Below are positions 9,001-16,700 of a stretch of DNA of 17,774 nucleotides, in pieces; the first letter of the stretch is position 1, and each line of letters opens with the position of its first letter. The notes beneath the pieces are model-generated. The model searched no databases. It was not told the origin of the DNA and saw only the letters and a list, made by a program, of their open reading frames with translations. The position numbers were made by a program, and so were the translations under genes. Where the stretch lies: contig JBAXJR010000046.1 of the NCBI GenBank assembly GCA_037137755.1, positions 1-17,774 of the forward strand, read 5' to 3'. The stretch comes from Methanomicrobiales archaeon (GTDB taxonomy: Archaea; Halobacteriota; Methanomicrobia; Methanomicrobiales; Methanospirillaceae).

Positions 9001-10832
9001 GAAGGATGCATATCATCTGTGTCATCCGCGATATCACTGATAGTAAAATTGCTGAACAGGCGTTACGAGAAAGCGAATGCAGGTTCCGGACGATTTTCGG
9101 TTCAACCTTCGAATTTATGGCCCTGCTACAGCCAGATGGTCGCATCCTGGGAATGAACGAGACAGCCCTGGAGTTTGGAGGTTTTTCGCTACGGGATGTG
9201 ATTCAAAAACTCTTTTGGGAAATCCACTGGTGGAGTATCTCTCCTGATACCCAGACCCGGCTGAAGGATGCAGTAGCACGTGTTGCAGCAGGTGAATTTG
9301 TACGGTACGAAGTAGAAATACTGGGGAAGGATAACCAGGAAATTACCATTGATTTCTCATTGAAACCGGTAAGGGGTGCTCCGGGCACCGTTACTTCCCT
9401 TATCGCGGAGGGGCGCGATATAACTGAACGGAAGCAGGGGGAGGCTGCGTTGATTGAAGCAAAGGCACGAACTTCAACCATTCTGGATAGTATCGTGGAT
9501 ACATTCTTTTCGTTGGATGATACATGGCGGTTCACAACGGTTAATCCTGCAGCTGAACATGCTCCTTTTGGAAGGCCGGCCACCGAATTGCTCGGACAAG
9601 TAATTTGGGAATTATATCCGGGTTTGGTGGGCACGAGAAGCTACCAGCATTACCTGGATTGTGCGAAAAACAACAGCATGGCGCACTATGATGTCCCGTC
9701 CCCGCTGAACGGGCGATGGTATGAGGTGTTTGTGCATGGACAGGGTGGTGGTGTTGATGTCTATATGCGGGATATCACGGAACAAAAGCAGGCGGAAGAG
9801 GCCCTGCGGGGGAGTGAACAACGTCTCCGCCGGTTCACTGAATCTGGTTTATTCGGGGTGATATTCTGGAACATGGACGGAAAAATAACCGATGCCAACG
9901 ACAAATTCCTCGAAATGGTCGGTTACTCCCGTGAAGACCTTACAAACGGCCTGATTAATGGGTTCACTCTCACCCCTCCGGAATTCGCGCATATAGATGA
10001 ATGTTCTGTTGCTGAACTCAAAGCGAACGGTGTCAACAAGGTAGCGTTTGAGAAGGAATACATCAGGAAAGACGGAATGCGAATCCCGGTTATTCTGGCA
10101 GGAGCAATGCTCGATGATAAGCGATTTGAAGGTGTGGCGTTTGTCCTGGACATCACGGAACGAAAGGAAGCCGAAGTGGCACTCATCAAGTCAAACCGGC
10201 AGCTGACCCTGCTCTCGGGCATCACCCGGCACGACATCATGAATAAAATAACGACCATTCTCGGGTACCTTTCCCTGGCAGAAATGGAAGTAAAAACCCC
10301 TAGGGCTATGGATTACCTGAGTAACATTGAATTGGCTACCAGGGCAATCTGTTCCCAGATCGAGTTCACAAAGGTCTACGAAAACCTTGGCACGCATGAA
10401 CCCCAGTGGCAGGACCTGAATATAATCATTGCAATCAGTTCACGCCTCCCCTCAATGATAAAGTTGAATGCAGATGTGAAAGGCATCGAAGTGTACGCTG
10501 ACCCTATGCTTGAACGTGTCTTCTTCAACCTGCTTGACAACGCTGTCCGGCACGGTGAGCATGTGTCCGAAATCAGGGTTTCATCCTGTCAATCTGATGA
10601 TTTGTTAACAATTATATGGCAGGATAATGGCGTTGGGATCCCGGTTGATGAAAAAGGAAAGATCTTTGAACGGGGATTCGGAAAGAATACCGGTCTTGGG
10701 ATGTTCCTTGTGCGGGAAGTCCTTTCGCTGACCGGGATCGCCATCAAAGAGAACGGTGAACCAGGCAAGGGAGCACGGTTTGAGATGACGGCGCCGAAGG
10801 GGATGTGGCGAACAACAGGGAATAATAAATGA
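6027..10832 (+). CDS. Cytoplasmic hybrid sensor kinase: N-terminal REC + 10 PAS/PAC domains + HisKA-like + HATPase_c
   Basis: The REC domain is intact: LYVDDEP, IVSDYQMP (Asp56, 6192-6194), FTGKG, YLQK. Ten PAS modules were counted from their D/N-(I/V)-T-x-x-K/R linkers. H-box LSGITRHDIMN (His codon 10230-10232), N-box NLLDNAVRHG, G1 QDNGVGIP, G2 FERGFGKNTGLGM. No TM segments. Confidence 0.95.
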   Translation: MPGALRILYVDDEPGLLQIGKLFLEQSGDFSVETIDSAPNALELLKSEQFDAIVSDYQMPEIDGIQFLKQLKESGNTTPFIIFTGKGREEVVIQALNEGADFYLQKGGDPQAQFAELSHKIRIAIQQRRAGEALREKTSELDRFFNSSPDLLCISDTDGHFRRLNPEWERTLGYPLSELEGLKFLDLVHPEDLAPTLKTMLTLGGQKEILNFSNRYLHKDGSYRWIEWRSYPFGEFIYSAARDITERKRAEEALRESEERYRNIVEDQTEFISRFLPDGTHIFVNEAYCRYFGFTRHDLLGHRFRPAIPLEDRERVNQFFRSLTPDNPVDTIEHRIIMPDGTIRWQRWSDRAIFDPSGSVIEYQSVGHDITEIKEAEEELRKSGTKFRSLFDNAILGIFQTTPEGRYIDLNPAFARIYGYNSPEEMKSAISDIQQQLYVHPEDRKTIRELLSTVGEFRNFETENRYRDGHSIWISINAKAVPDRNGEILAYEGTIEDITERRRAEEALRLSGLKFRMLVEASPDMVWEMDSQGNFLYISPQCAIQLGYAPEELIGKPIFSLIKPESVASIRNQFLLHMRDKKSFNLVEVPAYHRNGNSLVIEVRSVLIANDKGEITGFQGIARDITGRKRAEELLKVSEEHLRSTLASIDDLVLTLDEHDIFTGSYNPVIANLYVLPEQFMGKSIREVLPEELADLVQTTIEEVKITGATHQIEYGLPIQGKTEWFNAKISPRYSLNAAYAGVTLVARNITGRKTAEEALRESEEKYHNLYLHSAIGIFHSTFEGRFIDVNPALATMLGYNSPEEVITSISNIAGQLYAEPPLYDSTAAAVLDSGGIISVENCYLRRDGTLWHGNLHMRIVPDKQGKPGHYEGFVEDVTERRRIEEALRITRDKYTQVFFSNPDAITISDLETGWFVEVNDAASHMFEYPRDEMIGKSALELGIWRKKEDWDAFTKWVKTVGWVERSELCGRQKSGTLFHASVSADTISIDRRMHIICVIRDITDSKIAEQALRESECRFRTIFGSTFEFMALLQPDGRILGMNETALEFGGFSLRDVIQKLFWEIHWWSISPDTQTRLKDAVARVAAGEFVRYEVEILGKDNQEITIDFSLKPVRGAPGTVTSLIAEGRDITERKQGEAALIEAKARTSTILDSIVDTFFSLDDTWRFTTVNPAAEHAPFGRPATELLGQVIWELYPGLVGTRSYQHYLDCAKNNSMAHYDVPSPLNGRWYEVFVHGQGGGVDVYMRDITEQKQAEEALRGSEQRLRRFTESGLFGVIFWNMDGKITDANDKFLEMVGYSREDLTNGLINGFTLTPPEFAHIDECSVAELKANGVNKVAFEKEYIRKDGMRIPVILAGAMLDDKRFEGVAFVLDITERKEAEVALIKSNRQLTLLSGITRHDIMNKITTILGYLSLAEMEVKTPRAMDYLSNIELATRAICSQIEFTKVYENLGTHEPQWQDLNIIIAISSRLPSMIKLNADVKGIEVYADPMLERVFFNLLDNAVRHGEHVSEIRVSSCQSDDLLTIIWQDNGVGIPVDEKGKIFERGFGKNTGLGMFLVREVLSLTGIAIKENGEPGKGARFEMTAPKGMWRTTGNNK

Positions 10833-10837
10833 GGGTG
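10831..10837 (+). promoter_or_regulatory. Shine-Dalgarno-like site coupling the two kinase genes
   Basis: GAGGGTG overlaps the TGA of 6027..10832 and lies 6 nt before ATG10844. Confidence 0.55.
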
Positions 10838-10843
10838 TAATCA

Positions 10844-13075
10844 ATGGTGAATTGGAGTATCAGGACAAGGATGATCCTTCTTCTCATCCCTGCCATTATT
10901 GTAGTCCTGATCATAGCAACGTTTTTCTCGCTCCAGCTTAGCAGTGCTGCACAGAAGGATGCGGCATATGATGATACGCTCAACGCTGCACGGGCTTATG
11001 CCCACGATTTCAACACCGAGATGTCAGATAACCTGGCAAAATCCGGGACCTTTTCATCGGTCCTTGATCAAGATACCGGGATGACCCGGGAAGGGGTGCT
11101 TGATATCCAGCACACCCTGCTCGAGAGTAACCCAAAGGCGATCGGGATCGGGGTAATATTCGAGCCGGAGGCATTCGACGGACAGGATGCCCGGTACGCC
11201 AATACTCCCGGTTTTGACGCAACCGGGCGGTTTGCAACCTACTGGAACCGGCTGAACGGTACCGAATCACTTATTCCCGTTGTTGATATCGAGACCTCTG
11301 ACTGGTACACGATTCCGAAACGGACACAGAAAGAGGTCGTCATGGAGCCACTTCTCTACGAAGATGTGCTGATGACTTCCTACATTACCCCTATCATGCG
11401 GAACCGCACGTTTACCGGTACAGTCGGCATGGATGTTGCGCTGGAGAGTATTGACCGGACTGTCAGCCAGGTGAAAGTATTTGACACCGGCTATGCGTTC
11501 CTCGTAAGCAACACCGGTATTTTCGTTTCATCCCCAAAAAAGGAATATATCGGCAGGATGTCCCTCGATGAACTCAGCCGGGGAACGAATAACCCCCATC
11601 TGGCGGCAATGGCAGCTGATATCCGCGAGGGAAAAGAAGGATACGCCGGGATGGCTGACCCGTTCACCGGAAAAAACGTTGTCATGTTTTACAGTCCGAT
11701 CCGGACAGGTAACTGGAGTATGGTCGTGGTCGCTCCCACCGACGAGATGCTTGCAGGGATGGTGCAGCTTGGCAGGATCCTGCTGCTGATTGGGTTGTTC
11801 TCTATCGTAGTTGTGGGGGGTATCATTATTTTCGTTGCGAGAAATATTTCAGGACCTCTTGTCACCATGAGCAGGGCGGCAGATCGGATTGCATCCGGTG
11901 ACCTGGATGTCCATGTGCCCGACCAGGACGGAGAACTGGGTGTCCTCGCCAACGCGTTCAACAACATGGCCGCCCGGCTGCGGGAGCTGATTGGACGGCT
12001 TGAGGAAAAGGTTGCCGAACTCCAGAACACCCAGGCGGCCCTGCAGGAGAGCGAAGAAAAATACCGCACTATCCTTAACGATATCCAGGATATTTTTTAC
12101 CGCTCCGACAGTGATGGCAACCTGGTCATGGCAAGCCCGAGCCTGGCACTCCTGCTCGGCTATGACTCCGATGAAGAATGCATCGGTAAAAATATAGCCG
12201 AAACATTTTACATGCGTCCTGCCGACCGGAATACCTTGCGCGAGGTCGTGTACCGGCTCGGTTCCGTGAAGGATTTTGAGGTCGAGCTCCAGAGGAAGGA
12301 CGGGTCTTCGCTGTTCGTATCTTCAAACAGCCACCTGTATTATGACAAGAGCGGCGCTGTCGCGGGTATCGAGGGAATCTTCCATGATATTTCCGATCGC
12401 AAACTCGCCGAAACCACCCTGCTCCGGGTGAACCAGAAACTCAATGTCCTCTCCCAGCTGACACGAAAAGATTTAACCAACCAGATTTTTGTCATGAGCA
12501 GCTACCTTGAGCTTGCAAAAAATCAGTCAGCCGGGCAGGAACACATCATAGGGAACTTAGAAAAGGCTGCTGATGCAGTCCGGTCAATCCACGAGACCAT
12601 TGAATATTCAAAGGATTACCAGGAAATGGGTGCAAAACCTCCAAAATGGCAGAATGTAAAAATGGCACTGTTACTCGGGCTCTCCCATGTCTCCACAGGG
12701 AATATCAGACATAGCATTGAAACAGGAGACCTCGAGGTTTTTGCCGATCCCCTGCTGGAAAAAGTATGCCAGCGCCTCTTCGAGAACTCGCTGAAACACG
12801 GGGGCCATGTAACCTGTATCCGGGTCTGGTATACGGTCACTCCATCCGGGGCCACCATTGTCTTTGAAGATGACGGTATCGGTATTCCCGGGGAGCAGAA
12901 GGAGCAGATCTTTTTGCGGAGTGGCGGTATGCGTACCTCGATGCGGAGTCTCATCTTTGTCCGGGAAATTCTTGATATCACCCGCATCACGATCAAAGAG
13001 ACCGGTGTGCCTGGCAAAGGGGCACGGTTCGAGATAACGGTGCCGAAGGGGATGTGGCATTTCGCCGGGAAATAG
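10844..13075 (+). CDS. Membrane receptor: TM - dCache - TM - HAMP - PAS - degenerate HisKA/HATPase (probable pseudokinase)
   Basis: TM1 ILLLIPAIIVVLIIATFFSL; Cache motifs WYTIPK, GTVGMDVAL, GYAFLVSNTG, NWSMVVVAP; TM2 ILLLIGLFSIVVVGGIIIFVA; HAMP ISGPLVTMSRAADRIASGDL..ELGVLANAFNNM; one PAS. The H-box reads LSQLTRKDLTNQ (Lys codon 12467-12469) and G2 is replaced by FLRSGGMRTSMRSL. Confidence 0.9.
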   Translation: MVNWSIRTRMILLLIPAIIVVLIIATFFSLQLSSAAQKDAAYDDTLNAARAYAHDFNTEMSDNLAKSGTFSSVLDQDTGMTREGVLDIQHTLLESNPKAIGIGVIFEPEAFDGQDARYANTPGFDATGRFATYWNRLNGTESLIPVVDIETSDWYTIPKRTQKEVVMEPLLYEDVLMTSYITPIMRNRTFTGTVGMDVALESIDRTVSQVKVFDTGYAFLVSNTGIFVSSPKKEYIGRMSLDELSRGTNNPHLAAMAADIREGKEGYAGMADPFTGKNVVMFYSPIRTGNWSMVVVAPTDEMLAGMVQLGRILLLIGLFSIVVVGGIIIFVARNISGPLVTMSRAADRIASGDLDVHVPDQDGELGVLANAFNNMAARLRELIGRLEEKVAELQNTQAALQESEEKYRTILNDIQDIFYRSDSDGNLVMASPSLALLLGYDSDEECIGKNIAETFYMRPADRNTLREVVYRLGSVKDFEVELQRKDGSSLFVSSNSHLYYDKSGAVAGIEGIFHDISDRKLAETTLLRVNQKLNVLSQLTRKDLTNQIFVMSSYLELAKNQSAGQEHIIGNLEKAADAVRSIHETIEYSKDYQEMGAKPPKWQNVKMALLLGLSHVSTGNIRHSIETGDLEVFADPLLEKVCQRLFENSLKHGGHVTCIRVWYTVTPSGATIVFEDDGIGIPGEQKEQIFLRSGGMRTSMRSLIFVREILDITRITIKETGVPGKGARFEITVPKGMWHFAGK
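12989..13047 (+). repeat. Near-identical 59-bp kinase 3'-end segment, copy 2
   Basis: 57/59 identical to 3086-3144. Confidence 0.85.
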
Positions 13076-13155
13076 TATGGAATCCCTGGTGCATCCGGGT
13101 GATATCTTGATATCGGAAACCTAATTTTTCATACACCTGGTGGGAAGGTGTGGGT

Positions 13156-13368
13156 ATGTCTGGGCCTCAAGGTGGAGCGGTCCTGCATATCCCCGGAGTC
13201 AGTTATTACGAGCTCTACCTGAAGGCTGCCTTTGGCACCATGATCTCAAATTTCGCCCCTTTCCCCGGGGTTCCGGCTCCGCCCGAAAATTTTCCGGTTT
13301 CCGCCCTTACCACGCTCCTGGAGACGTTGAACGCCGGGCAGGAGAGAAGATACCGGGAACCCTACTGA
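13156..13368 (+). CDS. Hypothetical protein (70 aa) or gene remnant
   Basis: RBS-like GAAGGTG (13144-13150) precedes ATG13156. The N-terminal half (GGAVLHIPGVSYYELYLKAAFG) looks protein-like, and the frame is open upstream to 13111. No family recognised. Confidence 0.35.
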   Translation: MSGPQGGAVLHIPGVSYYELYLKAAFGTMISNFAPFPGVPAPPENFPVSALTTLLETLNAGQERRYREPY

Positions 13369-13417
13369 AACATCATTAATAATTCCCTGGCAGAATAATT
13401 AGGAAAAGGAGATTCAG

Positions 13418-13612
13418 ATGGATGACAATGAACCACGTAACCCGGAGGAGGAGCGACGAACAAGAGGTATCCGGATTGCGGGCACCGGGTTCATTCTTGT
13501 TTTCATAACCGTGATCGGGGCCTCCCTCCTGTACAACCTTTCGTGGTCCATTCTCGCGTTAACTGGGTTTGTTTTTGTCGTGGCCGGGTTGTGGATGGCG
13601 AAGAAGGACTAA
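13418..13612 (+). CDS. Small two-TM membrane protein, hypothetical
   Basis: Charged N-terminus (EEERRTR), two hydrophobic helices (IAGTGFILVFITVIGASLL; WSILALTGFVFVVAGLWM) and a KKD tail. RBS-like AGGAGA just upstream and AT-rich TTAATAA at ~13376-13382. Confidence 0.7.
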   Translation: MDDNEPRNPEEERRTRGIRIAGTGFILVFITVIGASLLYNLSWSILALTGFVFVVAGLWMAKKD

Positions 13613-13679
13613 AAGCCGGGCAGCTGGATTCCGTCCCGGTCCCGGTACACAAGGACCATGCATCGTTGACCTGCGATAC

Positions 13680-13700
13680 TTATTATAGATCAGTTATATA
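13680..13700 (+). promoter_or_regulatory. TATA-box candidates for the surface-protein gene
   Basis: TTATTATA (13680-13687) and TTATATA (13694-13700) lie upstream of ATG13710. Confidence 0.45.
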
Positions 13701-13709
13701 TGTGCATCC

Positions 13710-16700
13710 ATGCTCAACGATCAAGGTGGCAATTCATCCCTGCGAAACGTGGCAGGGTATTTCATTCTTTTTTTTCTCTGTGCAAGTGTTTTTGCCGGAT
13801 GTGCAAATGCGGACCAGGCTGCAGATGTGCCAGGGCACAATCCGGCGATGTTCCATGCGGACCCCTGGCATTCAGGGATCAATGACGATGGAGGGATAAG
13901 GCCTGCCGGTAGCATGGACTGGACGTTCACCACCGGAGACAGGGTATACTCAAGTCCGGCCGTGGTCGATGGTGTTGTGTATGTGGGAAGCGATGACAAC
14001 AAGGTCTATGCTCTCGATGCCGCATCCGGATCTGAGAAATGGAGTTACCTTACTGGTGGACGGGTCCTTACCAGTCCGGCCGTCGTGAATGGCATTGTCT
14101 ACGTGGGCAGTTACGATAAAAACCTTTACGCACTCGATGCAGCGACCGGCACGAAACTCTGGAGTTTTACTATGAAAGGGTGGGTCACGGCCGACCCTGT
14201 TGTGACGGATGGCGTCGTTTACAGTGGAAGCCTGAATGACAAGCTGTATGCGATCAATGCATCCACAGGGACCGAACTCTGGAACGCATCGTTAGGTGCG
14301 TATCCCTCCGTAGATTCAAGTCCCGCAGTGGCGAACGGTGTGGTATATGTAACCGGTGGCGAAAAGATACTCTATGCCCTTGATGAGTCAACCGGGGGAA
14401 TATTGTGGAGTTTCACCCTGAATGAAAAAATTTCCGGAAGCCCGTCTGTTGCAAATAATATCGTTTACGTGGGGTGCAATGACGACAACCTGTATGCCCT
14501 GGATGCATCGACCGGTGCAACAATATGGAATTATACTGCAGGCGGGGATGTACAGTCATGCCCGGCTGTTACCGGCAATATCGTCTATTTCGGTAGCGGT
14601 GACAATAATGTCTATGCCCTGAATGCATCGACCGGTGTAAAAATCTGGAACTTCACGACCGGAAGTGTCGTATTTTCGAGCCCGACGTTTGCGAACGGCG
14701 TCGTATACGTGGGCAGCTGGGACCACAACCTGTACGCACTGGACGCCCTGACCGGTGAGAAGATCTGGAATTACACAACGGGTAGTGTCGTATTTTCGAG
14801 CCCGGCTGTTGCAAACGGCCTCGTATATTTCGGGAGCCTGGACAATAACATCTATTCGGTCGGCTCAGCCCCCGGCGCTGCCAACCTCATGCTCGGGATA
14901 TCCGGATCTGCGTTCCACGAGAACGCGAGCGCCATGAACTATACGATCTCGTACCTGAACAAGGGTAATAGTCCTGCAGAGAACGTTGTACTGGTAGATC
15001 ATCTCCCGCCTTCTGTCGTGTACCTGTCCGGGACGGGAAGCCCGGTCTATGACAGTGGTACCAGGACCGTGACCTGGGAGATGGGGGGTATCCCCTCGTT
15101 TGCCACCGGGTCACAATCCATTACCGTTTTTATTCCTTCTTCAGTCTCGTACGATAGGGTCCTTAACAACACCGTTACTATCACGACCACCACGAAGGAA
15201 ACCCGTGGTGATGACAATACGGCGTATACCCTGACAACCGTGAAGGAAAAATGGCTGCCGTCTCAAATATCAGTCGCGCCATCTGTACCCGGACCATGGG
15301 GGGGTACCTGTGTATTCTGGCTCGATCCGATAACCTTCTCCTTCAACCAGACCAATTGCCCGGAAGAAACACCGGTGAGTATCAGCATTCATATCGATGA
15401 CGGGGGACCCGATATCACGGCGCCGATGGTAGGGGGTCCACGGGTCTGGAATTATTCAACAACGTTCTACCCCCGGTACGGGGCTGCCACGGTCAGCTTC
15501 CTGACGCCGGGTTGTGTCATATCCGGTATCACGATCCCCATCACTATCGAGCCGTCGGGGTACATCTACGACACCAGCTCCGGAAAGCGGATACAGGGAG
15601 CGAACGTCCGGCTTCAGTGGCCTGATGCTGAAGGTAACTGGGTACATGTCCCGACCGGGCTAATCCCTTCACCAATGCAGCCCGACCAGAACCCGGTGAC
15701 AACTAATTCCGCCGGTCAGTACCAGTGGAATGTTACGAAAGGGTCTTACAGGGTTTACGTGGAAGCTGAGGGACACAGGCCGGCAGCAACTTCGATGGTG
15801 AACAGCCCGCCACCGTTCTCGGAGATGAATGTCGGGCTTGAACCAACCAACGGGGATATCTGGGTAAGTTCTACCCCGACCGGGGCACAAATATACCTTG
15901 ACGGGAACAACTCGGGTCATACGACGACCTTCCTGGTGCCGGATGTCAGTGCCGGCCAGCACGCTGTCGTGCTGAAACTTGCGGGATACCAGGACTATCA
16001 AGAGACCGTGACGGTAACCGCAGGAAAGACCACAACCGTTCGTGGGAACCTTACGGCTGTATCTCCTGGTGCAAATTTCACGGCGGATGCGACGTCCGGG
16101 TTTATTCCGATGGCTGTCCAGTTTACCGATTCATCGATGGGAACACCTCCCCTGGAATACCTGTGGAACTTCGGGGACGGGACACCGGATATGACCGGTT
16201 CAAACCCGCTCCATACCTATACCACAGAAGGGACCTACAATGTGACTCTTACCGTCAGCAACAGTGCAGGGACCAGCACACTCGTAAAACCCGGATATAT
16301 TGTTGCGATGGAAGAGATTATCGACGGTGGTGGTAAGGGGTATTACCTGATCCATTCAAATGCTGATGGTGCAGATGTGTACTTCAACGGTGACTGGTAC
16401 GAGGGTAAAATCGAGAATGGCACCCTCCTTGTAGAAACATGCCTCACCTGCACGCCGGTCTGGACATACACCGTCAAAAAGTGCGGGTACTTCGCCCTGA
16501 CACAGAACAATACGAAATACCCGGGCAAAGACCAGGTCATTGACCTGTATGCCAACCTCACCAGGCCCAAGGAACCGGTACTACCTGATTTCAGCGCCAA
16601 TATAACGACCGGCCCCGTTCCGCTTCCAGTCGGGTTTACCAGCTCGTCAATTGGCATAGCGGAGGCATGGAACTGGAGCTTTGGCGACGGGACGTATTCG

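Noticed and set aside
6027-10832. LOV (flavin photoreceptor) domain among the PAS modules
   Set aside because: No GxNCRFLQ motif occurs in any PAS domain of the three kinases.
13915-14865. PQQ-dependent dehydrogenase, BamB ortholog or CRISPR-like array
   Set aside because: The repeats are in-frame 40-aa structural blades without the large catalytic insertions of quinoprotein dehydrogenases. Archaea lack BAM, and there is no repeat-spacer pattern.
16440-16454. c-type heme-binding motif
   Set aside because: The sequence is CLTCT, not CxxCH.
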